Source: Callorhinchus milii (Eukaryota). Taken from it: a DNA stretch of 64,000 nt. Location of the stretch: positions 42,036,001-42,100,000 of the forward strand of contig NW_024704742.1 of NCBI RefSeq assembly GCF_018977255.1, given 5' to 3'. The notes under the pieces are model-generated. The model had not been told where the DNA came from. It saw only the letters and a program-made list of their open reading frames with translations, and did not search any database. This document shows, piece after piece, positions 48,394 through 61,190 of the stretch (position 1 is its first letter; each line of letters begins with the position of its first letter). The position numbers and the translations under genes are program-made.

Positions 48394-49845
48394 CAGCATT
48401 GTTATTGATAACATCTACCAAACACATAACAAAATGCAGAAGCATCAGCGTAGCCTAGAAAGTGATTTAATGCTTCCATTGGCAGTGCGATGTGCTGCGA
48501 GGCAGTGATTGCCGCTGAATGTTCTGCCTGTGATCGACTCCTGTGGCAGGGGCCAGGCTGCTAGCACAAGATTAATGCCACAATCCTGAGGAGGAAAGCC
48601 ACTTCAGAGCAGAATAATTACAGTGCGGCGCAGAAGTGCAGCCACCCAGACAAGGGGAAATAAATGGTGAACACCTGTAGGGTCAACAGGGAGAGGCAAG
48701 CCAGACAAATACTTTTCTCGCAAACTGTCCAAATTACTGAGCCCACAAATGTGGCAAAGGCTGCAGATTGTAAATTATGATTTTTAGCGCTGAAACAGCC
48801 TTTGCCATTCATCACTTCATTCCCAATTTCCCAGTGACCCCAACGCCAGGTACGCTTTCAGCTCTGCTGAAGTTAATGAAATATTGGTAGCTGGAACCCC
48901 TGGTGGTGTTAAGTGCGACGTGGTATTTGCAGGTGGATAGTTCAAGTATTCCAGTATGTGAGAGCCCCAGATCAGCTCTGCAATCTTATCTAGTGCAAGT
49001 TTAATTCAGTTGCTTTGTAGATGCAGTCCGGGACCTTAGGGGCAAACGCACATTGGAATTTAAATAACACTCAACATTTGTTTAGTTGACAGCTCTGCGA
49101 GACCACACAAACACTGGTATGCTATATTCTCACCCAGCAGGAAAATACTCATTAAAGCCGCAGTACCCTGGAATCAATGCATTCTGTTGGCAGAGGAAAA
49201 GCGATTTCCCTCAAAGAAAAAAAAATCTGACTCCTCTTATGATTTCTTTGGAAAAGGTTTTTCAGTATCAATAGGATGGCTTTTGTGCACTTATGGGACC
49301 GACTATGCAGTTGGGAATCGATGGGAGCAAAAGTGCTGTAGGTATACAAGATACAGGCTTCTACTTATCAAACTTAGCTTCCTGTACTAAAAAGGGTCAT
49401 CAGGTCATCATCAATGTCGCCTTCTGCTTTGCACGTATACAGCAAACAGAAAGTGACCAGAGGTCAGCCATTTTACTTTTAGCACGCAGAGAGCAAAGCC
49501 AGTTGTGCCATGCCCAATGAAACCGGTATTGAACCTTGCGATGAACTAACTTTACAGATACAACACAAGGTTTTATTGTAGCTTTCAAGAGAAGATGACA
49601 CATTATTATGTCGCTAACTGTAAGAACTGTTGGTGCCATCCACTGAACAACATTCACTCTACCTTCAGTTGAGAATTTGACCAGTCTGGTGTTTAACTCA
49701 TCTCCTGAACAATGTTAGACTTCAGCCAGTTGCCTACATACTATACAGTCGCCACACTTTGCAGTGTAATTAATCCATGTGAAGTGTTTTGAGACATCTT
49801 CCCAAAGTGAAAGACTCTATACAAATACAAGAATTAGTATTAGAA

Positions 49846-50225
49846 TTAGAAACCTATAAGATCATCGAAGGGCATGATAGAGTAGATAGTGGGAGATTGT
49901 TTCCCCTGGTTGAAGAAACTAAAAGCAGGGGTCACAACCTAAAATCAGAGGCCAGCCCTTTCGCACTGAGTTGAGGAAGAACTTCTTCACTCAAAGGGTG
50001 GTGAATGTATGGAACTCACTACCCCAAAGGGCTATTGACGTTCAGTCCTTGAACATATTCAAGACTGAGATAGATATATTTCTTATTGCAAAAGGGATTA
50101 AGGGATATGGGGATAAGGCAGGGTCAGGCTATTAGCTGGAGTTAGCTTAGAAAATCAGCCATGATTGAATGGTGGGGCAGGCTCGAAGGGCCGAATGGCC
50201 TTCTCCTGCTCCTATATGGTATGTT
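49846..50225 (+). pseudogene. CR1 3' end with 14 bp flanking direct repeat
   Basis: ETYKIIEGHDRVDSGRLFPLVEETKSRGHNLK / RKNFFTQRVVNVWNSLP; 3'UTR gaagggccgaatggcct...ctcctgctcc; AAGAATTAGTATTA at 49829-49842 and 50226-50239. Confidence 0.93.
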
Positions 50226-51574
50226 AAGAATTAGTATTATTAGTCACCAACTCCCTAACCTGATATTTTTGGGGCAAGATGTCAATGGCGAGACAGAAAT
50301 AAAAGATCTTACAATTAACAGCTGTACAATTAATAACTGTAGCAGAATTTTCTTAAAGAAAGAGGACTCTTTAGTAGGACTTGCAACTAATTGCAAATCT
50401 TTAACAAGCATAATAGATCAAAAAGAGCTAAATCAATAGCAAAGCGTATTTCTCCTGTCATAAAATCAAATCATTCAAGGCAAAGTTCTCTAATTTGGAT
50501 AATTGACTTTTTATGTCCGCAAATGTTCAGCCCCCTCCTTTCAAATGTTTTTTCTGTCTGAAGTACTAGTCTTTATTAGCCGGGCATGCGTTTGGAGTGG
50601 CCACACTCGCTATTATAGTGAGCGCTGGGGTTTACTGCACTGATGTGTCGGGCAGGGATGGCCCGGATTAGCATGGCTAAGTCTGTCTGCAGCTGGGCTC
50701 CGCTAATGGCTGAGAACATTGCCGTTTCCCAAAGAATGAAAGAGCAGCTCGAGTGAATGAAAACAACCTGAATGGCTATATCCCTCACAAACTCTGTGGA
50801 CTTTTCAAAGCCCCCTTTCTAATGCCCATCTTTTCAAAACAAACTTTGGGTGTCGCTTTCCCATTGCTCGCCCTGCAACCCTAGTGCTGCTGCTGGAGCC
50901 GTAATCGTGAAATTACATCATTTTAAGACCTTGCTGCTGATGGATTACAAGAGAAATTGAAATGCTTTGCCTTGTAAAGTGATGGTAATTTGGCAGCGAG
51001 ACTTCCCTGCTCTCTGTTCTCACCAAGCTCCAGCAGGTTGGTCGCTGGACAGGGAGGGCTGTGGCTGTCAGTGACAGGTGCTACGTTTTAAAGCTTGACT
51101 GCTCCTGAAGATGCGGTGTCAGTTTTTGGACTCAATTACGAGCCTGTAATGCTCTCAGTTCTCTGGGAGGAAAAGTTGGTCGCCCTCTACACTGTTGACA
51201 CACCGTGTAATTTCAAACTGGTTCGCCAAAGAAATTGGCAGCAATAAGAGGTTTCACACCCAGAGCTGAAGAAGAGTGATTGATTTTGTCAAAACACCAT
51301 TTTATTGCGGGCTGAAAGAAGCAGGAATTTTATTTTGAGCTCCCTGATAATGCAATGGGATAAATGACAAGAAACTTCTGTTCATATATTCTTTTATAAA
51401 ACTTTATATAAATAATAGTGTCAGTTTAGTGGTGCATTTGTTACTTAGTGATCAAGTTTACCTGGATATGTTTTGTGACTCTCTCTCCCCCCCCCACAAA
51501 CAATGTTCTCAATACTAAATAATGTTTCCTACTGGGTTTATTCCCAATGAGCAACCACTCCAAAGTGAGATATA

Positions 51575-51880
51575 GCTCAGGCTAACACTCCAGTGTAGTG
51601 CTGGAGGCATCCTTCAGATGAGACATTAAAACCAAGGTCCTGCCTGCATATTCTGGTGGATGTCAAAAAGATCCCATGGCACTATTAATAATCCTTGCAT
51701 TTTGGAAAATAGAAGGGAGTTTCTCTCAAAGTCCTGGTCAACAATCCCCTGAATAAATTAGATATTCACTACATGGCTGTTTGTATTCATCACTGTGTTC
51801 AAAATGGCTGCTGTGTTTATCTCCAAAGCACAGCTACAATAAATCCTGTGAAGTGCTTTGCAATGTCCTCCCGATGTATT
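51575..51880 (+). mobile_element. SacSINE1-like Deu SINE, 5' truncated
   Basis: cagatgagacattaaaacc, aagatcccatggcactatt, gtcctggtcaacaatcccc. Confidence 0.8.
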
Positions 51881-52689
51881 ATTAAATGGTGTGATGTTAA
51901 ATTGCCAGTTCACTGACTGGTGTTAGTGAATTTATGGATGTGAAAATGAAAGGGGGCTGATGCTATTATGGAGTACAAATGTCTTCTAGTTACTGCAAGG
52001 ACTTTAATTGAGAAGCAGAAATAAATTGAAATAAATTGCAACTGAAGTGTTTAATTAACAAGTTCAGTGCAACCATGTACATCTTGCTCAGACCTCTTTT
52101 GACTATAAGCTAACCCAGAGTTGTTAATGTCAATTGCAAGTGAAGCTCATGAGATGGAAAGGGTTAATAGGCCAAAGTGAAGTAACCTCTGGTCATTTGG
52201 TAGAGCAGCAAAATCGATCTAAAATGAATCTATCTATAAAGCCCCAGCTTTGTGCTGCACTGATTTTATCAATTCCCAGTTAGTGCCTCGACCAAGCAAA
52301 TACATTTTCAATAAACAGAACCCCATGGGATATTTGGTATGTGATAACGTAATGCCATGAAATAGAGCAATGACTCATTGCTTATCAGGATGCAATGTAA
52401 GTTTCAAAACTGTAACCATTTTTTTTAAAATGCAAAGCACTTTGTCAGTCCACGTTGTAAAGACTTACTATGGAGGAATCGAATGAAAGGATTCACCGGG
52501 GCTATTTTGTAACAAAGGTCCCACAGTAACTGATCCCTAACACATCATTACATCTTTAATCGCAAGAGTCTGACTCAAGTGTCTCTGAAGACTTGCTTTA
52601 TCCCTTAAACAGAATGTCTTGTTGGCCCATCACTGCTCATTTGCTCAATCTATTAATTTATGTGTGACATTTATACTGTATTGTTACTT

Positions 52690-53030
52690 TATCACTTTAC
52701 AGAATATCCTGTGAAATGCTTTGAGACATCTCAATGACTTGGTAAAGCTCTATCTTATGATATTCTTAATAATATAATATTCCTTGCATTTGATATAGTA
52801 CCTTTTGTGTCAAATAGATGTCTCAAAGCACTTTACAGGATTTATTGCAAAGTGCAGTGTCTGTGTAAATTGAAAGCGAATGCAGCAGGCAATTTGAACA
52901 TACCAAGGTCCCACAGACAGCCATGAAGTAAATAATCAATTTTATCTGTGGGATTGTTGGCTAGTACAGTAGGAGAAACTCCCTTCTCTTTTGAACCAAT
53001 GCCGTGGGATCTTCAATGTCCACCTGCATG
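52690..53030. mobile_element. Tail-to-tail inverted pair of Deu SINE fragments (+ 52690-52760; - 52768-53030)
   Basis: cctgtgaaatgctttgagacatct and its complement agatgtctcaaagcactttacagg. Confidence 0.8.
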
Positions 53031-54060
53031 CTCATTGAGGCTTTTTCCTAAATTTACTCAGCTCCAAGTAAATTAGCTAGTGGATGTTGTTGCAGATTCA
53101 TTTATGCCCTTCCTAAAATAAGAAGCCTTGAGAAATGAACGCAACACCCTTTAAACTTGCGCACGTCAGTCTGTCACTTGTGGGAACAGCTCTTGACCCA
53201 GTTAAGCATAGGGCAATACCACTCGGGGGCAATACACTGAAGCAGTTCTCTACCAGAACAGCATTCTTCGAATTGCTGAATCTGAACTATGGAAAGGGTG
53301 GAGGTGAGGCACATAGTCCACATGTATCTGAACCAAATTATTTTAAAGTGAAACAAAGAAAAGGCTGAGTGAATCAGGATTACTTCTTAGATGCTCTATT
53401 TGGTGCTTTTTTGTGCCGCTTTTATGTTGTGTTTGAAATGTGAAATGCTAAACTGGAGGCTTTATTACATTTCAAACCTCTACTGCTTTTATATCCCTGC
53501 TGGATACTTGCATCGGAATCAAGTGTTGTTTAGGAGCAAATGTCTGATTTCATCATGTTAATTTAACCCAATAATATCAGCGCAAAAATTAATTCACTAT
53601 TTTGCAATCTCCTTTAATCAAGTAATGGGACCGGAAGCCAATTGATGGGCCTGAATCAATTGATGGGCCTGATGCCAGACTGACATCTTCTGCATGCACA
53701 AATATATTAAGTCATGGGCTACTCATGTGTTGATGTCAGATATTTGCACATCTGCAAAACTTCATCAGCTCTGATTGCACTGCCACTGATAGTATGGAGC
53801 TGGATTTCCTCTATATGGGCTCCCTCATTATGAGTTGTCACCAGAATAGTTACCTTTGTCCATATTTAGGAGCTTTGAAAATAGCAACCGATGAGGTTTG
53901 AGCTGATTAAACTCTAGCAGTACCTCCATTATACACTCAGGAATCCCAACATGTGCTTAATACTGTCCGGAATTGGATAAGCAGGGTGCGTGCCTCCAGG
54001 GGGAGAGTGCGCAATTCTTTCCATACACAGTGACTTTCCATATGTAGGTAGTATACATAT

Positions 54061-54357
54061 CTGTAGCTCATTGCAAGCGAGAGACCTAAGTTCAATTCCA
54101 GGCACGGCGAAACCTTGGGCAAGTTTCCTTACTCCACACGCCTAATAATAATGCCTCCAAAACAAAAAACAATAATAAATTGCTCATTTTCAATCTACGA
54201 CTGTTTGTGGGACATTGCTGTGCGCAATTGGCTGCCGGGTTCGCCCACAAATATACAGTCAATTCACTTTACAGTGTGTTCTGTGAAGCGCTTTGGGACG
54301 TCCTCCCTACGTGGAAGGCGCTATATCAAATGCAAGGATTACTATTATTATTATTAT
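54061..54357 (+). mobile_element. Young tRNA-Ala Deu-core SINE with a deletion in the head
   Basis: ctgtagctca^ttgcaagcgagagacc lacks about 20 bp of the D/anticodon arm; the rest is near-identical to the family. Confidence 0.95.
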
Positions 54358-56219
54358 GTGTGACTTTCAGGCCACAGATATATGCCACCTACACATGGAA
54401 ACTCTTTAAACATGGTGATGAGCTTCTGCATGTGTTAGACATCCAGCTGACTCAAAAGAAAGAAATCACTTGTCGGATTGGATGATTTGGATCTGCTAAT
54501 GGTGCATTAGAAGTAAGGAGTGAAACTCTTGTCTCCGAATATTGCCGTGTGAAAGAGAAGAACTGATGGAACTTTGTTCAAACTCTGCGAATCCGGGGGA
54601 ATTCACAAGTCCTCACCCTTGCAGCGCAGCAGCGTGAGTTGAATGATCTCTGGCTACTTTGGTGGAGATTTCCACTTACGTACAAGTCTGTGCGTTCAGT
54701 AGTGGGCTGGTTAATGAGTTGGGTTTGAATGACTCCTCACCAGTGCTGAGTGGGAATCAGAATTTGGACATTCTGATCAGTCAGAGACAGACTTAATTGC
54801 GATCGGTGCCATTCTTCTCTGGCTTTCATTTGTGGGTGTGTGATGTCACATAGTTGCAGACCGCAAGACTAGCGGTGCTTTTTATTTCATGAAAACACAG
54901 CCTAATTAACTCAAACGAAACTGCGACAGATGAGGTGCCAACAATTGTTGGCGTGCGCCTCCCAACATCTGGTTGGTAATGAGGGTGGAATGACTGCCCC
55001 GAACATCAGAGTGAGAGAGGCTCCTCCCCTGCCCCAAACCAAACAAACATGCCATGTGACACCAGCATAATGGTCGAGCAAGTGGAGGTTACAAGATGCT
55101 GGAATTCAGGTCAATTAATATTTTATATTCTCTCCAAAAATAAAGAGCCTGTGTTGTCCTGCCAGATAGTTTTATTTTTCTCCTCCCCGCCTCTCCCGAA
55201 GCCAGCCACCCCCACTCACGCACTGCAGTCCTGTGGATGCCAGTAAATGTTTCTTTTCGGTCAATCGGGTATCTGACACGTGTGGAAACCCCTCATTGTG
55301 TTTAACGGTATCCCGACCAGACTCTGAAAAGTTGCTCTGTGACCTCTGGCAGACAAATAATGGTAGTGAAATTGGACGGAAAAAAGCCAGGAGCATCTCT
55401 GAGCATCCCCTGCCATCTTGTGGGTAGTAGAGGAAGCCAATAAATTATTTTGGTACAGCTAGTACATGGCACAGCCTGAAATGGTCACAATATTTTTCCA
55501 TCATTAATGTCTGCGCATTATTTGAATCATTTGCCCGTAGGGAGTCTCCATAAATCAGAAAGTAGCGTAAAAGTGAATGGACTTTGGGACTCAGAAACCA
55601 CATAACAAAATGGTCTAGATTATCACAGATCAAACATGTGTTTAGCCCCAGAGCCATTGAGGAAGCCAACAATGGATGCTGTTGGTGGGTGGAAATGATA
55701 TTGAAGATCAGCAGTGATGTTCTCACATTGTGGGCTTTAATTCTAAACATAAAACACTTCTTTGTGAGGGTATATTCAATGCAGGGTGAGTATATTCTGG
55801 GGGCTGTTTTGTGTTGATCAATAAAAGCCTTTTTACGGCTGAGTTATATTGGGAAATCCAGAAATGGGGACCATTCCCCTTTTACTGAATGAGATTACTG
55901 GAGAGTTACAAAGGGTTAATTTGATCAGCCAGACATTATGTCATACTAAGTGACATAGTGACTGAAGAGTGGCCTCTTACAGGAGCAGGTGCCAATGACC
56001 CCAGGAGGGGGGGAGGAGTGGGGAATGGATGTGTCTTGAGCAGCTTGATAAGAGTGTGTTATCTGAATAAATACACAAATCACAGCTGCAGCATGTAGCA
56101 GTAAAATCCTGAAATGGTGATTACTGCAAAGAAATCCCTACCTTTAACCAGATATTGGGCTTTGCATCTTCTCCAGAGTGCAATAAGACAAGTGCAATAA
56201 CCTGAGCACTATTAGATAC

Positions 56220-56340
56220 TAATAGTAATAATAATAATCCTTGCATTTGATATAGTGGCTTATCATGTTGTCAAAATGTCTCAAAGCGTTTCACAGGATA
56301 CATGTAAAGTGGATTTGACTGTGTGTATTGTGATCGAAAT
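56220..56340 (-). mobile_element. Deu SINE 3' fragment
   Basis: (TAA)n tccttgcatttgatatag. Confidence 0.85.
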
Positions 56341-56849
56341 CATATTCACAATAGCATAGACACTAAAGCTTTGCTGTAATCCCTTTATTACATGTCTTGG
56401 TTCTCCCCTCTCTCAGAGTTCTGCGGATGGATTCAGGGCTGGACCTGCCTGCATCTGCAGTTTGAGTATGCCATCCTGTTATTCACCCTGTCAGTCAGGT
56501 GTAACCGATATGGCTGCTTTACTTTTCAGTATAGTGGACTCAAGGGAAAGGTGTGATGTTTTTATAGAAATGAATGTCATTTTCAAAATCCTAAATCACG
56601 AGCAGTTGGCCAAGATGGAATCCGAAACCTGCAGGTAAGATTTTTTTGGTTGAGCTGTTTTATTTTCTTTGAATCATTTCTCACTGACGATTGAGGTTTG
56701 ACCAACTGTGTTTTCACCTAGTACTTTTTATTGATGTGTGTCAGGCCAACCGTGGGTTGGGGGGGGGCGCGTGGAGGGGGCGATGGGAGGCTAATTTTAA
56801 TTTCTTCCGAGAGCTCAGTTGGGTCCTGCCGGTCGGCATGACACAGAGT

Positions 56850-57205
56850 TAATAATAATATACCTTACATTTGGTATAGCGCCTTATCACGTCGGTGAGA
56901 CGTCTCAAAGTGATACAGTGAAGTGGATTGATTGTGTGTTTTGTGGGTGAAATGCAGCAGCCAATTGTGCACAGCAATGTCTCACAAACAGTCGTGGATT
57001 GAGTGACCAAAATATTTTTTGAGGAATTATTACCCCCGGGAAAGCGATCCGCCAATCAACTAACAACTGGATTCGTACTTACTGCTAGGTAAACAGAAGC
57101 GTGTGGAGTAAGGAAACTTGCCTAAGGTTTCACCCCACCTGGGAATTGAACCCAGATTCTTTTGCTTGCGAGGAGATAGCGCTAAACACTTTGTTGTGGA
57201 ACTCC
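56850..57205 (-). mobile_element. tRNA Deu-core SINE, intermediate subfamily
   Basis: Tail, core, extra segment, gtgtggagtaaggaaacttgcctaagg, B-box remnant. Confidence 0.9.
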
Positions 57206-57579
57206 TTAGTGTTACATTCAGTGTTTGTAAATCCAGGTAGCAAATCTCGCACCTTTGATCCGCGATATCTTTGAAATAACCATGTTATATGAGATGGTGA
57301 CATGGTCAGATCTGGCCCAATCATCCAAAGTGCAGTAGCTGTCGTTCTGGAACTTGTCTTGTAGCTTTGGTTAAAATTCAACAAAGATTCCTTATCGTGT
57401 TGACAGCCAGAGATGGAAACAACGATTAAGGGGACCATTCCTTTCCTTCAGGGCAAGAGTAACACAATCTGCATCTCTGGTTTATTTTTGAAACTATTTT
57501 AAAGAACCCAGAAACTCAATGTTAGTGGTGACCAGACTGTGAACTTTTCAGGTCATTATTCAATATCACCTGGTACAGT

Positions 57580-57699
57580 ATGTTTATATTCGCCCACAGA
57601 ATATAGTCAATTCACTTTATAGTATATTCTATGAAGTGCTTTGAGACGTCTCAATGACGTGATAAAGCGCTATATCAAATGGAAGGATTATTATTATTA
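57580..57699 (+). mobile_element. Deu SINE 3' fragment
   Basis: gagacgtctcaatgacgtgataaagcgctatatcaaatg. Confidence 0.85.
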
Positions 57700-59329
57700 C
57701 ATGTATATGGATTCATAGAAATTGCAGCTAAGAAAGAAGGCATTGGACACATTGAGGTTATGCTACCGATCACCTTTGACTCTCACCCCGGCTCGGGTGC
57801 CCAGCCAGTTAAGTACTTTGAGGTATCCTCCTGATGTTATATAAATGTAAATTTATATTGCTAGTGCTCTCTTATTCACTGGAGCGTTAATCCCAGTTCC
57901 CTTCTCTTTCCTCAAACCCTTTTATAATACTTCTCTTCAAATCCCATCCAATTCCTTTTTAATGTCATCTTAGCCAGTCGAGTTCTCTATGGACTTCTAT
58001 CTTTATTGTCACCAGCTGCGATCATTGCACTTCACTTCTGCTACACGCAATACTGGCCAGAATCGGATTGAGCTGGGTTGCCATTTTATGCATTATGACT
58101 AACGCATGAAATCTCCAAGCGTAGGTGGCATGCATGGAATTCTGTCTGGTTGAACACGGTGATGGATTTCTGCATGCGTCAAACACCCTAGCTGACCAAA
58201 AAAAGTCCAGTAGTTGCGGTCATGGGAGATGAAAGTGGAGAATTCAACGGATGGATAGCAAATTCTGGGTGGGGGCATGAGGGAAGTGTTCACTCCAAAA
58301 GCTGTGTGTAATTAAATTGCACTTCTTGGTGATTTGATAATTATCACACCACATGATCGCATTCTTCACCCTTTGTTTCAGCTAATTCATTCTGTCAAGA
58401 GATGAGACAGTCGTCTGAATACCAGTCATTTCAGGGAAACCAGAGCATGCAATACATGTGTCAGGGCTGGAGCTGACTGTGTTTTATGAGAATGATGGGT
58501 GTCTGACAAAGCTGTCAAACCAACACTATGGAAATAATGCTCTGCTTGTCTGTAAATTTACCAATTGTCAGAAGCGCACACGTCAAAGATTGGTACATTT
58601 ATTGGCAAATGAAGAATAACCCCTCTTAGTGCTCAGAAAATATTGGTGTTTTTTAAGGAGCTGCAGTAGGCTTTCACCATTGTGCTTTGATTGTATAATT
58701 CAATGATATCTTCCCACTCAGTTTCTATCTCAGTAACGTTAGAGTTCCCTTCCTAGTGGAATAGTCAGGCAGTCTTATGGGGAAAGATAAAGGTTGCGTT
58801 TCAAGTACAGCAATTGGAAACTCCGTCTTCTAAAAAAAAATCAATTTTTTAAAGTTAACAATTCCTCAATTTTCTCCAGTCTCCTGAAGGGACTGACTCA
58901 TTTCATAGCAGAGTTTAGTTTCACAGAAACCAGCATTTATTTTGTACCACATCCAAGTGGCCATTCTTTATGTGTGAGCCTTGACAGTGAGTGCGAGTTC
59001 TCAGCTTTGGAGAGAGCATCACAGTCAAACCCATTAGTTTGGCGTGTGTCTCATGTCCGTGTGCACTCCTTTCTTATAGCCTTGGTCACTACATGGCAAC
59101 CAGGAAACCTGTTTGGCTTTACACAGAAAGCTTTAAACAGAACGACATGAAATTTTCAGTTAGAAATTGTAATTGGGACAGAGTCCATGAATTATTTACA
59201 AGGGAATCAGATGATTGAAAAAGAGATATTAAAGGCTGATGGGAATGAGCAAAAGAGTGGCATTAGATTGGTTGACTGATTTGGAGAAAAATACCAGCAT
59301 TGGAGTGCAAAGCAAAATAAATAAAAATA

Positions 59330-59549
59330 ATTTGGTCACTCAATCCACGACTGTTTGTGGAACACTGCTGTGTGCAATTGGCTGCTGCATTTTGCCCACA
59401 AAATACACAGTCAATTCACTTAACACTATATTCTGTGAAGCGCTTTGAAATCTATCCTCCGTGGAGGGTGCTATATAAGTTGAAGTTGTTGTTGTTTTGA
59501 AGACTTGATAAAGCGCTATATCAAATGCAAGGATTATTATTATTATTAT
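59330..59549 (+). mobile_element. Deu SINE 3' half carrying an internal L2 tail
   Basis: Core, then an L2 (GTT)n tail at 59451-59496, then the SINE (ATT)n tail. Confidence 0.85.
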
Positions 59550-60539
59550 GGATGGTTTGAATGTCCTGTTTCTGATAATATTTGGTAATTTATTTAAATT
59601 ATTTAACATCAGCTATAAAAATTACATTTGTATAGGGCCTTTCACATTGGTAGGACATCCCAAGGCGCTAAGATAAGGAATGCTTTAAGGAATAACAGGA
59701 ATTTTACCCCTTGCTGAAGTCGCATTGTACCATCTCAGAACAGAAATTGAATCTGAGAGTTTGCTTGCTTCGCTTGCCCATATTGCTCGGTACCACACTA
59801 CCGAGTGCCTTTTACCCATGGAGCCAGTATAAAACTAGCATTTCAGTTGTCATATGTGAAACTGTGGAAATGTACAGAGAGCAGGCTTGAATCAGTGTTG
59901 AATTAATTTTCCCTTCATTCAAGGATTTCAGGTCACAGGTAAGTTGTGAAAACCCACCAATGTTTTGAGAAACAAGTTATGCTGGAGTCTTGTGGTTTGG
60001 TCAGGCACCAATAGTTAGGTTAAATGTAGTGCTTTCTATTCTATTAAAAAATTCATAAATTGAGGTGGTTGGATAGATGTTTAGTTTTCCGGTTATCAAT
60101 TTCGATGTATGTGCCGACGTGCAGCTTTTTTGACAGACAAACCCGAGCCTTCAAAATGTGGCAGCATTTAGCGTGAAAAGTGGAAGAGTGACATTAGCTG
60201 TGCCAGCTTTGCTATCCAGTTTCTGAGTGGGAAACTGCAAAGCAGTGTTTCACAGGGTAAATGGTAGCACAGGCGGTTTGACAAAAAAGGACACTTTAAA
60301 CGAGTAGCTTTCTGGCAGCACAGAGGAGCAATGGATATTTTGAGGCAGCCAATGTTTATCTGTGAGAATGTGCTGTGATAAGCGGAAGCCAATTGTTAAA
60401 TTGTGCCTATCTGAGAGTTGATACAGCTTTGAGCTGTGAAGGTGGATATGTCTCAGTGGAAACCTTATAGAGTACAGAAGGAATTAAATGGGATTCGGAA
60501 ATAAAACCAGAGCTATATTTTTGGATGAGTAAAAGCAGC

Positions 60540-60780
60540 AAAACAAGAAAATTAGGTTTAGTATTGCAAAAGGCCATTTCAGGATAGATATGAGGTAAAG
60601 ATATTTCTTTACCCAGAGTGACTGGAACAGGTTACCAGGAATGATGGTTGAGGCCAGGACCCAGGACAAATTGAAAACACAGCTTGATGCAGTGATGGGA
60701 AGGTGGTAGCGAGGAAATCTGGAAGGATAAGATCAAATGGGCTGAAGGGCATTTTTCATCCAAACTTCTTCTGATCTTGT
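60540..60780 (+). mobile_element. Old CR1 3' end
   Basis: ttctttacccagagt..ctggaacaggttacc; aatgggctgaagggc...ttctgatctt. Confidence 0.65.
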
Positions 60781-61071
60781 GACGAGCATTGACTCTTACT
60801 GTGGAAGTAGGAGGACCCTTCATTCCTTCACTGTGCTGGATTTAACAACTCCCTTTAAAGAGACTGCAGAGATTCAAATCTTTGACAACCACCCAGGTCT
60901 GTGTTCTACCCCCAGTGGCTGTGTGTCTGGCAGTTCTGCACTCTCCTGCCTTCTTCATTTTCTACGCGTTCAGTCTTCACATTGTTAGCCATAAATTCAA
61001 TCTTAATCAGTCGACTGTTTCGGATGTTACTCTGCTTATAAATTTGACTAAATTCAGGAATAGATTGGGCA

Positions 61072-61190
61072 TCTAATTTTAGTTTTTTTTACACAAACAC
61101 ACACATTACACACACATGCACAAATACAGTATACATACACAAAAACACCTACACACACTTACATGCAAACAGTATACATATACACATAAT
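61072..61190. repeat. Degenerate (CA)-rich repeat
   Basis: Read directly. Confidence 0.7.

Noticed and set aside
56567-56634. Candidate exon ending CAG|GTAAGA
   Set aside because: Weak acceptor and no recognisable peptide
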